NCBI RefSeq assembly: GCF_000011805.1
Contig: NC_006840.2
DNA: 32,000 bases
Direction: 5' to 3' (one strand)
Origin: Aliivibrio fischeri ES114
Lineage (GTDB): Bacteria; Pseudomonadota; Gammaproteobacteria; Enterobacterales; Vibrionaceae
This document shows, piece by piece, positions 1 through 9,662 of the stretch (position 1 is its first letter; the number at the start of each line of letters is the position of its first letter). Made by a program: the position numbers and the translations under genes. Below the pieces are notes generated by a model that worked only from the letters and a program-made list of their open reading frames with translations, searched no databases and was not told where the DNA came from.

Positions 1-1720
1 CAGGTTCTTGACTTTTTGGCGCATATTCAGACAAAGTTTGGACAATGGTTCGAATATCACGAATTGGAATTGCTTCATTCAATAAATTCTGAAGCACTTT
101 TACAACCGCACCCAGAGGTAATTGATCAGGAACCAGACCCTCAACTAACTTAGGTGAGCTCTGCGCCAACAACTCAAGTAAGTTCTGAACTTCTTCGTGA
201 CCTAACAGCTGAGCTGCATTATTTGTTAATAACTGACTTAAGTGCGTTGCCAGTACTGTTGCTGCATCTACTACAGTATAGCCTAATGCTTGAGCGTGCT
301 CTCTTTGCTCTTCATTAATCCAAACCGCTTCTAATCCAAACGCTGGATCAAATGTTGGTTCACCTTCAATCGAACCATAAACCTGACCTGGATTGATAGC
401 CAATTCTTTATCAGGACGAATTTCTGCTTCACCACCAGCTACGCCCATTAGAGTAATACGATATACGTTTGGCGGTAATTCTAAGTTATCTCGAATATGT
501 ACAGCAGGTACTAAGAAGCCAAAATCTTGAGATAGCTTCTTACGAACCCCTTTCACACGATCAAGTAATTCACCACCTTGCTCTTTATCTACCATAGGGA
601 TCAAGCGGTAACCCACTTCTAAACCAATAACATCAACAGGTTGAACGTCATCCCATGATAATTCTTTTGGTTGTGAAGCCGACAGTTCCATTGGTGGTGC
701 AGCTTTCTGCTCTTCGCTTTCTTGCTCTTTTTTCTTGGTTAAATAATACGACCAACCACCCGCTAATAATGCCAATAAGATGAATGGAAAATGGGGCATA
801 CCAGGAACGATACCCATAACAAACATGATACCTGCTGTTACCATTAATGCTTTGGGATTATCAACTAATTGGAAAACCAGTTGTTCACCCATATCTTCAT
901 CGGTGTTTTGGCGAGTAACCATAATAGCGGCACCAATCGATAAAAGAAGTGATGGAATTTGAGCAACCAAGCCATCACCAATCGTTAGCAATGTGTAGAT
1001 TTGAATCGCTTCACCAAAGCCAAGATTGAATTGCGCCATACCTATGGCAAGGCCACCAATGATGTTAATAAATAGAATAAGAATACCGGCGATGGCATCC
1101 CCTTTTACGAATTTAGAAGCACCGTCCATTGAACCATAAAAGTCCGCTTCTTTTGTCACTTCAAAACGACGAATACGTGCTTGATCTTGGTCAATCAAGC
1201 CTGCGTTTAAATCGGCATCGATCGCCATTTGTTTACCTGGTAATGCATCCAAGGTAAAACGAGCACTGACTTCAGAAATACGACCCGCACCTTTGGTTAC
1301 AACCATGAAGTTAATGATCATTAGGATAATGAATACAATTAAACCAACCGCATAGTTACCACCGATAACCACATTACCAAAAGCATCGATAACGTGACCT
1401 GCGGCACCAGGCCCTTCATGACCATGTAAAAGAACCACTCGTGTTGAAGCAACGTTCAAAGCAAGACGTAATAGTGTTGATACCAGAAGTATCGTCGGAA
1501 ACGCTGCAAAATCCAGAGGTCGGCGGGTATAGATAGTCACAAGTAACACCACCATGGCTAAGGCAATGTTAAAGGTAAACATTAAATCGAGTAAGAAGGC
1601 CGGTATGGGTAAAATTACCATTGCCAGTGTGGACAACACTAATACAGGTACACCGATTGGTGGTATACCTCGCCCCTGTAGAGCTGATAATTTATTTGGC
1701 AGCGGAATTGGAAATTTCAT
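1..1720 (-). CDS. flhA: Flagellar biosynthesis protein FlhA (C-terminal part cut off by window edge)
   Basis: Absent from the ORF track, but manual minus-strand translation from ATG at 1720 gives MKFPIPLPNKLSALQGRGGIPPIGVPVLVLSTLAMVILPMPAFLLDLMFTFNIALAMVVLLVTIYTRRPLDFAAFPTILL..., characteristic of FlhA, open to window position 1. Confidence 0.96.
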   Translation of the reverse strand, partial: MKFPIPLPNKLSALQGRGIPPIGVPVLVLSTLAMVILPIPAFLLDLMFTFNIALAMVVLLVTIYTRRPLDFAAFPTILLVSTLLRLALNVASTRVVLLHGHEGPGAAGHVIDAFGNVVIGGNYAVGLIVFIILMIINFMVVTKGAGRISEVSARFTLDALPGKQMAIDADLNAGLIDQDQARIRRFEVTKEADFYGSMDGASKFVKGDAIAGILILFINIIGGLAIGMAQFNLGFGEAIQIYTLLTIGDGLVAQIPSLLLSIGAAIMVTRQNTDEDMGEQLVFQLVDNPKALMVTAGIMFVMGIVPGMPHFPFILLALLAGGWSYYLTKKKEQESEEQKAAPPMELSASQPKELSWDDVQPVDVIGLEVGYRLIPMVDKEQGGELLDRVKGVRKKLSQDFGFLVPAVHIRDNLELPPNVYRITLMGVAGGEAEIRPDKELAINPGQVYGSIEGEPTFDPAFGLEAVWINEEQREHAQALGYTVVDAATVLATHLSQLLTNNAAQLLGHEEVQNLLELLAQSSPKLVEGLVPDQLPLGAVVKVLQNLLNEAIPIRDIRTIVQTLSEYAPKSQEP

Positions 1721-1799
1721 TAACTTCTACTTCTTCTAAACTCGTATTTCTTACGAAATAAATATTAAGTGACTAATAGCGTAATTACTTTGCTACTAA

Positions 1800-1815
1800 A
1801 GCAAATTTCGAGCCA
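1800..1815 (-). promoter_or_regulatory. Predicted sigma-54 promoter for flhA
   Basis: Minus strand TGGCTCGAAATTTGCT versus consensus TGGCACRNNNNTTGCW, correct GG-N10-GC spacing, about 80 bp upstream of flhA. Confidence 0.75.
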
Positions 1816-1924
1816 GATTAATGTCACTTTTTTGGCTTGTTCTCGCTCCTTTTTTGGCATATTAGCACAATCTTGCAAATTCAATACTAACTATTTAATT
1901 TTAAAAGAAAAATAAGAAACTTAA

Positions 1925-1952
1925 TTGAAAAAAATGCGGTTCTTTGTATAAT
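1925..1952 (+). promoter_or_regulatory. Predicted sigma-70 promoter for the PilZ gene
   Basis: TTGAAA (1925-1930), 16-nt spacer, TATAAT (1947-1952), upstream of the ORF starting at 2005. Confidence 0.6.
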
Positions 1953-1984
1953 TAATCCTTTGTTCTTTGTATAATTAACCCTTT
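1939..1984 (+). repeat. 23-bp tandem duplication (2 copies, one mismatch)
   Basis: GTTCTTTGTATAATTAATCCTTT (1939-1961) followed directly by GTTCTTTGTATAATTAACCCTTT (1962-1984). Confidence 0.95.
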
Positions 1985-2004
1985 ATTTATTTCTTGGTGT
2001 TGCA

Positions 2005-2682
2005 ATGACAAGTGTATCGCTTAGTACAGATCAAAATGTACTTAACAAAATGGATATTGGTAGTCGCGTCATCATTGAAGTTACTTGTCCAAATGGCCAA
2101 TCCGCGCAAGCAAATTCACAGTTGATAGGATTCAAAAAAGGACATTACGTTTTCATTGAATACCCATCTTCACCTCCTCTTGAGTTTAATAAAATCTACC
2201 TAGAAGGTGCCGACGTTACTTTTCGTGCAATAACAAACACTACTCACTGTGATGTTATTGCCTTTAAAACGACGATTCACTCTGTAATTTATCGTCCAAT
2301 GGAAATGATTTGTCTGCATGCACCAAGTAGCATTACGATGAAACCCATCCGAACCCACCGACGAATTGAAAGTAAATTTTCATGCAATTTATCAGTAAAT
2401 GAACAAAATTTAACGGGTGTCATGAGAGATTTTTCTTTCGGTGGATGTGCCATTGCCTTACCATCAAAACTCAGTCCTGATAGCTTACTAAATAAAAAAA
2501 TTGCATTAACAATAGAGATCGAAAGTCTTGAACCGATTTCTGTTCGTGGTGAAATTAAAAATATAGATGTAAAAGAGTCACAATCGAAAATTGGAGTCAT
2601 GTTTGATACTGACGGCATCAGTGAATCCGAATTGCAAACTCTTCATCACCAATGCGTTCTTAAAGGCTGGGATAAACAATAA
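2005..2682 (+). CDS. PilZ-domain (putative c-di-GMP binding) protein, YcgR-like architecture
   Basis: 225-aa ORF with a PilZ signature: RTHRR (RxxxR) followed by DFSFGG (DxSxxG); N-terminal region resembles a flagellar-brake-type N domain. Confidence 0.85.
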   Translation: MTSVSLSTDQNVLNKMDIGSRVIIEVTCPNGQSAQANSQLIGFKKGHYVFIEYPSSPPLEFNKIYLEGADVTFRAITNTTHCDVIAFKTTIHSVIYRPMEMICLHAPSSITMKPIRTHRRIESKFSCNLSVNEQNLTGVMRDFSFGGCAIALPSKLSPDSLLNKKIALTIEIESLEPISVRGEIKNIDVKESQSKIGVMFDTDGISESELQTLHHQCVLKGWDKQ

Positions 2683-2695
2683 AGTAAGTTATTGT

Positions 2696-3826
2696 CTATT
2701 TTTTCAATTCATCAGGAATAGTTAGCGTACTTTCATCTAACTCAGGCTTAGTACCACCTTTCTTCTTATACTGCTTCATCTGGAATATATACGCCAAAAT
2801 CTGTGCAACCGCAGCAAATAAACCATCAGGGATCTGTTGTTCTAATTCCGTTGAATGATATAACGCACGAGCCAATGGTGGAGCAGGTAAAATATCAATA
2901 TTGTGCTCACGTGCAATCTCACGGATCTTCATCGCTACGTGATCGACCCCTTTAGCAACAACGATCGGCGCCGCATCTTTACTTTGATCATATCGCAAAG
3001 CCACTGAGTAGTGCTCTGGGTTCGTCACCACAACATCTGCGGATGGTACATCAGCCATCATTCGACGTTGAGTCATTTCACGTTGAAGCATACGGATACG
3101 CCCTTTTACTTCTGGCTTACCTTCCGTTTCTTTATATTCATCTTTTACTTCTTGCTTAGTCATTTTTAACTGATTTGCGTGTTGCCAAATTTGAAAAGGA
3201 ATATCAATGGCGACCACAATCAGTAAAGTACAACTGATCAAAAGTATGAAATTTAATAATATGTCTAATGAGTGAAAAATATTGGCTGGATACGTATCCA
3301 AGCTTAATTGGAACAGATCTTCTTTACTGCCTTCAATTAAATAAAAAGCCATTCCCCCAACAAGAGACACTTTCAGAATAGACTTTAAAAGTTCAACCCA
3401 ACTCTGCATACCAAACATACGTTTAATGCCCGACATTGGGTTCATTTTTGAAAATTTTGGCATCGCCGCTTCAGATGAAAAGCTGATCCCACCAAGGCCA
3501 GCAGCACCAGCTAATGCAGCAACAAACAGAGTAATCAAAATAAGAAAGACAGGAAAAACCAATGCAATCAATGCACCACCAACAATTTCAAGTAACTTAT
3601 TGGTGTCATAAATCTCTTCTCTCGATATAGAAAAGAAACGTTCCATTACAGAAAATAACGCTCTTGCTACATCTTCACCAAACCACATTAAGGCAACGGC
3701 GCCACAAACCAAAACAGAAACAGAAGCGAGTTCTTTTGACCTTGCAACCTGCCCTTTATCTTTGGCCTGTTGCAAGCGTTTGGACGTGGCGTCTTCGGTA
3801 CGTTCTTGACCGTCACTCTCAGCCAT
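2696..3826 (-). CDS. flhB: Flagellar biosynthesis protein FlhB
   Basis: 376-aa ORF MAESDGQERTEDATSKRLQQAKDKGQVARSKEL with the autocleavage motif NPTH-like NPEHYSVALRYD. Confidence 0.97.
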   Translation of the reverse strand: MAESDGQERTEDATSKRLQQAKDKGQVARSKELASVSVLVCGAVALMWFGEDVARALFSVMERFFSISREEIYDTNKLLEIVGGALIALVFPVFLILITLFVAALAGAAGLGGISFSSEAAMPKFSKMNPMSGIKRMFGMQSWVELLKSILKVSLVGGMAFYLIEGSKEDLFQLSLDTYPANIFHSLDILLNFILLISCTLLIVVAIDIPFQIWQHANQLKMTKQEVKDEYKETEGKPEVKGRIRMLQREMTQRRMMADVPSADVVVTNPEHYSVALRYDQSKDAAPIVVAKGVDHVAMKIREIAREHNIDILPAPPLARALYHSTELEQQIPDGLFAAVAQILAYIFQMKQYKKKGGTKPELDESTLTIPDELKK

Positions 3827-3871
3827 ATCTAATGACCTCCACGGTCGTGTTAATTAATAATAATTTCATAA

Positions 3872-4654
3872 TCAACAATCTAATCGGATCATGCTACATA
3901 TCTGCTCTTCAGCACGAAGCCAATGCAGATCATAGTGATTAAACAAGCCCAAAATAATATAAGACGTCAGCAATAAACCAACGAGTAAGGCAAAAGCAAA
4001 ACCTAATGAGAAGATATTTAACTGCGGTGCTGCACGAGTCATTACACCAAAAGAAAGGTTAACCGTCAGTAAGGCGATGATGCCTGATAACGACATACTT
4101 AACCCGGCCTTCATCATAATACCAAGCCAACTTGCCATGGATTGATAATCCACACTCGTGAGCTTACCAACCCCCACGGGTAAGGTTGTAAAACTCATCA
4201 CCACAAAGTTAATCATTTTTAAATGCCCATCGGTTCCTAGAAAAAACAGAATCGATAAGAACATGAATAATTGACCAAGTAGTGGCGTATTCTGACCATT
4301 GGCAGGGTCAACCATGGATGCAAAACCTAAACTCGATTGCATACCCAAAATTTGCCCTAAAAGTACGAAGGTTTGAGTAACAAATACAGTGACCATCCCC
4401 ATTGCTACACCAATAATGATCTGCTCTGCTGTGGTCATAAAACCTTGGAAAGAGACCAATTGAATTCCAGGAGGCATAGCTGGAATAGCGGGCATAACAG
4501 CAAAGGTAATGCTTAAACCAAGATAGAGTCGAATTCGAGGCGACACAAAACGAGCCCCAAATACCGACATCACCATTAACATGGCTGAAATACGGGTATA
4601 AGGCCAGAAATACGTAGCTATAAAATCTAAAACTATTTGAGTTGGATATTCCAT
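3872..4654 (-). CDS. fliR: Flagellar export protein FliR
   Basis: 260-aa hydrophobic ORF with ARFVSPRIRLYLGLSITFAVMP and TRAAPQLNIFSLGFA typical of FliR; position between fliQ and flhB. Confidence 0.96.
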   Translation of the reverse strand: MEYPTQIVLDFIATYFWPYTRISAMLMVMSVFGARFVSPRIRLYLGLSITFAVMPAIPAMPPGIQLVSFQGFMTTAEQIIIGVAMGMVTVFVTQTFVLLGQILGMQSSLGFASMVDPANGQNTPLLGQLFMFLSILFFLGTDGHLKMINFVVMSFTTLPVGVGKLTSVDYQSMASWLGIMMKAGLSMSLSGIIALLTVNLSFGVMTRAAPQLNIFSLGFAFALLVGLLLTSYIILGLFNHYDLHWLRAEEQICSMIRLDC

Positions 4655-4691
4655 AACATTAGCTCATGTGCATCAATTCAGAGTGCACACG

Positions 4692-4961
4692 TCAATAGAG
4701 TACCGTTGGCATTCGAGCAATAAGTTCATAAAAGTATTCCATCAACATACGCGTCATCCAATGCCCAAATAACATCAGAGCAAGCAAGGTAACAATAAGA
4801 CGCGGTAAGAAGCTTAATGTCTGTTCGTTGATCGAGGTTGCCGCTTGGAATACCGCAACAACTAAACCAATTAACAAACTTGGAATAATGATGGCACATA
4901 CCATGATTAACACCATGTAAAGCGCACCACGGAATAGATCTATCGCCATTTCAGGGGTCAT
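4692..4961 (-). CDS. fliQ: Flagellar export protein FliQ
   Basis: 89-aa ORF MTPEMAIDLFRGALYMVLIM...AATSINEQTLSFLPRL. Confidence 0.97.
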   Translation of the reverse strand: MTPEMAIDLFRGALYMVLIMVCAIIIPSLLIGLVVAVFQAATSINEQTLSFLPRLIVTLLALMLFGHWMTRMLMEYFYELIARMPTVLY

Positions 4962-4970
4962 GATTGCTCC

Positions 4971-5840
4971 TTAAGTTGCAAAACTGCCTGCGAGGGTGGA
5001 TAGGATCAAATTCCAACCATCCACTAATACAAACAACATTAACTTAAACGGTAATGATACGATCATTGGAGAAAGCATCATCATACCCATTGCCATTAAT
5101 ACCGATGCCACCACTAAATCGATGATCAAGAACGGCAAGAAAAGCATGAAACCTATTTGGAAAGCAGTCTTTAGCTCTGAAGTAATAAACGCCGGAATAA
5201 CCACTGTAATTGGCACATCTTCTGGGTTTTCAGCTTCAACACCCGACATATTTACAAAGGTTTCTAAATCTTTTACTCGTGTTTGAGCTAGCATGAACTC
5301 TTTCATCGGAACCTGTGCAACATCAAACGCTTCACGAGCTGTGATTTCTTCATTGATATAAGGTTGAATCGCCGTGTTATTTACTTTATCAAACACCGGA
5401 GCCATGATGAAAAACGTCAAAAACATCGCAATACCAATAATAACTTGGTTTGATGGCGTTTGTTGTAAACCCATAGCTTGACGCAAAATCGACATCACAA
5501 CGACAATACGGGTAAAAGAGGTCATTAAAATAACCATTGCAGGCAAAAAGCCCAACATGGTCATTAGACCTAAAATCTGTAAATTTACAGAATAATCTTC
5601 ACCACCATTGGCATTGGTTGTCATGGTAAATGCAGGGATACCACTACCAGAACTGCTGCCTTTTGCTATGGTTTTTGCTGCTCCAGCCTCTTTTTCCATA
5701 GCAGTAACCGTCATGCCTTCAGCACTAGCGGCAGTTTGAGGAATAGAAGAAGCGAGATCATCTACCGCCCAAGCAGGAGATGCCATAAAGAAGAGTGAAA
5801 ATGCCGCCAAAACGGCGGCAATAAAATTAGTTTTTAGCAT
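4971..5840 (-). CDS. fliP: Flagellar export protein FliP
   Basis: 289-aa ORF with [40 protein letters not shown] and [21 protein letters not shown]. Confidence 0.97.
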   Translation of the reverse strand: MLKTNFIAAVLAAFSLFFMASPAWAVDDLASSIPQTAASAEGMTVTAMEKEAGAAKTIAKGSSSGSGIPAFTMTTNANGGEDYSVNLQILGLMTMLGFLPAMVILMTSFTRIVVVMSILRQAMGLQQTPSNQVIIGIAMFLTFFIMAPVFDKVNNTAIQPYINEEITAREAFDVAQVPMKEFMLAQTRVKDLETFVNMSGVEAENPEDVPITVVIPAFITSELKTAFQIGFMLFLPFLIIDLVVASVLMAMGMMMLSPMIVSLPFKLMLFVLVDGWNLILSTLAGSFAT

Positions 5841-6219
5841 TTTTTTTCATCAGTTGGCTAAGTTGAGAAGAGAAAGGCGTCATGGTGTTTTCATTTACCT
5901 CTAACGGCTTATCTAGCTTACTTAGCATATTGATATTTTGAGAGGTGATCCCGATTAAGAATTGCTCCTCTCCAACTTGAACGACCGCGATTCGCTCTTT
6001 TGTTCCAACAGGCAGTTGCTTAACAATACTCATCGCACTGCCTGATGTTCCTGTTACACCAGGAAATCGCATTCTCTTTAATAGCCAAGCAAAAAAGAGA
6101 ATTAATGCGATAACAAAAATCAGCGAACCTAATGTTGCCGCTAAATCAACATTAGCCTTTTCAGCTGCAAATAGAGGAAAAGGCACTAATGCCAATAACC
6201 ATAGCTTTTTCATACCCAA
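5827..6219 (-). CDS. fliO: Flagellar protein FliO
   Basis: 130-aa ORF with single TM segment and [21 protein letters not shown] motif, between fliN and fliP; overlaps fliP by 14 nt. Confidence 0.92.
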   Translation of the reverse strand: MGMKKLWLLALVPFPLFAAEKANVDLAATLGSLIFVIALILFFAWLLKRMRFPGVTGTSGSAMSIVKQLPVGTKERIAVVQVGEEQFLIGITSQNINMLSKLDKPLEVNENTMTPFSSQLSQLMKKNAKN

Positions 6220-6236
6220 TCCCTATTCGTGTTTAA

Positions 6237-6626
6237 TTAACGAAGTTTTTTGATGCGTTCAGTTTGGCTGATAACGTCAGTTAAACGGATACCAAACTTG
6301 TCATTCACGACAACCACTTCACCATGAGCGATAAGTGTGCCATTAACCATTACATCTAGAGACTCACCAGCAATTCGGTCAAGTTCAACAACAGAACCTT
6401 GGTTAAGTTGCAGTAAGTTACGAATGCTAATGTGTGAACGACCTACTTCCATAGAAATCGTTACAGGAATATCTAGAATCGTATCAAGCTTACGACGTTC
6501 ATCTTCGTTGAACTCTGGCGCTTTTTCTTCTAGATCTTCTAAAGGTGCGGTTACTGCTTGAGCTTCTGCACTTTCACTTAATGCTGCTGCCCATTCGTCA
6601 GCCATTTGTTGTTCATTTGAATCCAT
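6237..6626 (-). CDS. fliN: Flagellar motor switch protein FliN
   Basis: 129-aa ORF with ISMEVGRSHISIRNLLQLNQGSVVELDRIAGESLDVMVNGTLIAHGEVVVVNDKFGIRLTDVIS. Confidence 0.97.
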   Translation of the reverse strand: MDSNEQQMADEWAAALSESAEAQAVTAPLEDLEEKAPEFNEDERRKLDTILDIPVTISMEVGRSHISIRNLLQLNQGSVVELDRIAGESLDVMVNGTLIAHGEVVVVNDKFGIRLTDVISQTERIKKLR

Positions 6627-6648
6627 GATCCACTACCTTCTCTGTTTC

Positions 6649-7683
6649 TTATTCTTCATCATCTAAATCAAACAATACGTCTTTGCCTAAGAAGGCTAAG
6701 TCCGTTTTCACCATATCTGGGCGCTTGATTTTCTCAGTAATCTGTATTGCTAATTTGTCGTTAGATTGACCGACTTTACCGCGGTAAGTTGGTAGGTCTT
6801 CTACAAATACGGTTGCTGCTTCTGGCATTTCTACTGGGATGATATCGCCAGCTTCCAGCTCCATTAGATCGCGTAATGAGATTTGGCTTTCTAATAGATT
6901 CACTTTCATTTCAACTGGAACATCCATGATTTCGTCACGCAATGCCTTGCTCCAACGAACATCAGTGTCCATCTTGTCACTTTGTACACCGGCATCCAGT
7001 AACTCACGGATAGGTTCAACCATTGAATATGGGAAAACAACGTGGAAATCACCACCACCGCCATCCACTTCAATATGGAATGAACTTACAACGATAACCT
7101 CTGTCGGGCTCACGATGTTTGCCATGGTTGGGTTCACTTCTGAGTCAAGGTACTCAAACTCGACCCCCATAACTGGCGACCAAGCTTCTTTGTAATCTTC
7201 AAAAATCACTTTTAGCAATAATTGAATGATACGACGTTCAGTTGGGGTAAATTCACGACCTTCGATCTTAGCGTGGAAACGACCGTCACCACCAAAGAAG
7301 TTCTCTACCAAAATAAACACTAATCGAGCTTCCATCGTTACTAAAGCGGTACCTTTAAGTGGACGGAAACGCACCATGTTTAAACTGGTTGGTACATATA
7401 AGGTATTTTGATACTCACCAAACTTCACCATTGAAACACCGTTAATCGATACTTCAGCGGTTTTTCTTAACATATTAAATAAGCTAATACGCATATGGCG
7501 TGCAAAGCGCTCGTTAATCAATTCCAGTGTTGGCATTCGACCACGAACGATTCGGTCTTGTGATGAGAAATCAAAGCTCTTCATCGAGCCTACATTGTCA
7601 TCATTACCGACAACATCATCTTCTACATCATCTACACCGTGGAGTAGAGCATCAATTTCGTCTTGGGATAGTAGATCTGTCAC
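6649..7683 (-). CDS. fliM: Flagellar motor switch protein FliM
   Basis: 344-aa ORF MTDLLSQDEIDALLHGVDD...; canonical FliM N-terminus. Confidence 0.98.
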   Translation of the reverse strand: MTDLLSQDEIDALLHGVDDVEDDVVGNDDNVGSMKSFDFSSQDRIVRGRMPTLELINERFARHMRISLFNMLRKTAEVSINGVSMVKFGEYQNTLYVPTSLNMVRFRPLKGTALVTMEARLVFILVENFFGGDGRFHAKIEGREFTPTERRIIQLLLKVIFEDYKEAWSPVMGVEFEYLDSEVNPTMANIVSPTEVIVVSSFHIEVDGGGGDFHVVFPYSMVEPIRELLDAGVQSDKMDTDVRWSKALRDEIMDVPVEMKVNLLESQISLRDLMELEAGDIIPVEMPEAATVFVEDLPTYRGKVGQSNDKLAIQITEKIKRPDMVKTDLAFLGKDVLFDLDDEE

Positions 7684-7690
7684 ATTAAAC

Positions 7691-8182
7691 CTATTGCATT
7701 ACAAAGTCGGTAAATAATACTTTTTCAACTACAGGCTTAGCTGTAATTTTAGTAAAGGCATCTTGGATATCACGTGTCGCTTGCTCACGTAGTTCAATTC
7801 GGCCACGTGGTTCTCTTAACTGTTCAACGGTTGCAGCTGCAAATGTCGATAATAAAGCACTCTCAATAAGCGGAGTATGCTGTTTAGCAACCGCTTCATT
7901 ATCCGTACCACGCATCATGACTTGTACTTTTAACTGTACTAAGCGATCACGTTTATCTCCGGTCACATTAAAGATAAATGGCTGAGGTAAATTTAAATAC
8001 AGTGCTGGCATATTCGCTTCTAAAGCGGCAATATCTTGCTCTGTTGGTTCTGGTGCTGGCTCGCTTGACATAAAGAACCAAGCAGCAACGCCTCCACCAA
8101 TCAGCAATAAAGCAACTAATGCAATAATGATCATTAGTTTCTTCTTACCTTTAGGCACATCACCTTGTTCAGCCATTCTCAT
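7691..8182 (-). CDS. fliL: Flagellar basal body-associated protein FliL
   Basis: 163-aa ORF with N-terminal TM and C-terminal TKPVVEKVLFTDFVMQ; directly upstream of fliM. Confidence 0.95.
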   Translation of the reverse strand: MRMAEQGDVPKGKKKLMIIIALVALLLIGGGVAAWFFMSSEPAPEPTEQDIAALEANMPALYLNLPQPFIFNVTGDKRDRLVQLKVQVMMRGTDNEAVAKQHTPLIESALLSTFAAATVEQLREPRGRIELREQATRDIQDAFTKITAKPVVEKVLFTDFVMQ

Positions 8183-8240
8183 TCCTCTTTAAATAACTTA
8201 TTAATTTTTATTTTAATGTCGCTAATTTGTATTATTGTGT

Positions 8241-9491
8241 TTATGCGTAAAAACTGATGCCATCATTTGGTTTTGATACTTGAACACTAATTTCACGCTC
8301 TTCTGAAGATTCTTCACTAAAGCCAGAACCACGGTTACTGTGCTCTTCTTTTTGATAAGCATATTGTGAAGAATCACCAGAACTTTGTTGCTGTACCGAT
8401 GTATCGGCCAATTGGATCCCTTGTTGAGCAAACATTTCACGTAAACGTGGCAATGATTGTTCTATTGCATCTCTTGCGTGTTGGTTCGAAACCGTAAATT
8501 GCACACCGGCACTATCTGCCCCCATATTCAATCGAATATGCATGCGTCCCATTTCTGGTGGATCTAAGCGTATATCTACATGCTTCAGGTTTTTAGCCAT
8601 CATCATATTAATGCGCTCAGCCACTTCATCACTCACCATTTCTTGGCGAATATTCAAAGGCACATTCATAAGATCTGTTCGTTGCGCTTGAACGGCTGCC
8701 GCTTGTTGAGTGGCCGTCGTACCTGACGCATGTGCTAATTGTTGTGCAAAGGTATCTGTGGTTTTAGATTCAGTTAAATTAACCGCTTCACCATTAGCAA
8801 CTTGAGTCATACCAAGTGCTGAGATATCCATTTTTGCTTTTTTCGCCTCTGCTAACTTTCCGGCTTCAGCTTCTGCCTTACCAATCAGTGCAGTTGACGT
8901 TAATAATTCTTTGGTTGATTCTTTATTGCCTGCGGCTTCACCTTTGCTTTGCGTTTCGCCCTCTACTTGAGTTGACGATTTAGCACTACTTCCCCATTGA
9001 ATTTCTTTTAATGGATCTGTTTTTTCAGCTACGGTTTTGCTGCTGTTTTTCTCACCTTCAGCGGCAATACTTGCTTGAGTAAGCAACATTTCAGCATCGC
9101 TTGAATCGGATGATTCTGATTCATCAGATGACTCTTCGTCACCCGACGCTTTTTTACTTTCATCTTTTTTGTCAACCAATGTGCTGTTCGCTTGGTCTAA
9201 ACGAGATAATAATTCAGAACCTTGGCTTACTTTGTCCTCTGTTGTTTCTTCTTTTGTTTCATCAACAGATTCAGACTCTTTCGATTTTTCGCTCGCTTCG
9301 CCTTTTTCAACATCGCCTTTCTCATCAACCGTTGTTTTTTTGGCGTCGTCTTTTTCCTTTAATCCCATTACCTCTTTTAGCTCTTCAATAAAGCCTTCAG
9401 ATTCTGGTTTATCTACAGCAGCCGTTTTAGTATCTGGCTTTACAGGCGCGGTTTTATTAATACCGTTTAATGATAAGTCATGACTGCTCAT
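8241..9491 (-). CDS. fliK: Flagellar hook-length control protein FliK
   Basis: 416-aa ORF with variable Ser/Glu/Lys-rich N-terminal half and conserved C-terminal VDIRLDPPEMGRMHIRLNMGADSAGVQFTVSNQHARDAIEQSLPRLREMFAQQGIQLAD. Confidence 0.95.
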   Translation of the reverse strand: MSSHDLSLNGINKTAPVKPDTKTAAVDKPESEGFIEELKEVMGLKEKDDAKKTTVDEKGDVEKGEASEKSKESESVDETKEETTEDKVSQGSELLSRLDQANSTLVDKKDESKKASGDEESSDESESSDSSDAEMLLTQASIAAEGEKNSSKTVAEKTDPLKEIQWGSSAKSSTQVEGETQSKGEAAGNKESTKELLTSTALIGKAEAEAGKLAEAKKAKMDISALGMTQVANGEAVNLTESKTTDTFAQQLAHASGTTATQQAAAVQAQRTDLMNVPLNIRQEMVSDEVAERINMMMAKNLKHVDIRLDPPEMGRMHIRLNMGADSAGVQFTVSNQHARDAIEQSLPRLREMFAQQGIQLADTSVQQQSSGDSSQYAYQKEEHSNRGSGFSEESSEEREISVQVSKPNDGISFYA

Positions 9492-9560
9492 AGTATGTTC
9501 TCTACATTGAGTGTGGATTTTTTGACGAGCGCGATAGTGGCTCAGCTTTGCTTATTTTAA

Positions 9561-9576
9561 AGCAAATATTAAGCCA
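9561..9576 (-). promoter_or_regulatory. Candidate sigma-54 promoter for fliK and downstream genes
   Basis: Minus strand TGGCTTAATATTTGCT; GG-N10-GC spacing and strong TTGCT, about 70 bp upstream of fliK. Confidence 0.55.
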
Positions 9577-9662
9577 CTTTTGTTATTCAATAAGAAGTTG
9601 AAAGATTATGAAGGGAAAATGCTGATGAATTAAGAAAACCTTGAAGCAATCACTCAATATGA

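Noticed and set aside
780-1739. Small plus-strand ORFs at 780-962 and 1554-1739
   Set aside because: Antisense to flhA, whose reading frame is unambiguous through this interval.
9101-9391. Overlapping ORFs on either strand within fliK (8222-8440, 9101-9391, 9169-9483)
   Set aside because: Low-complexity Ser/Glu coding of fliK gives open alternative frames with unnatural composition; fliK itself is well supported.
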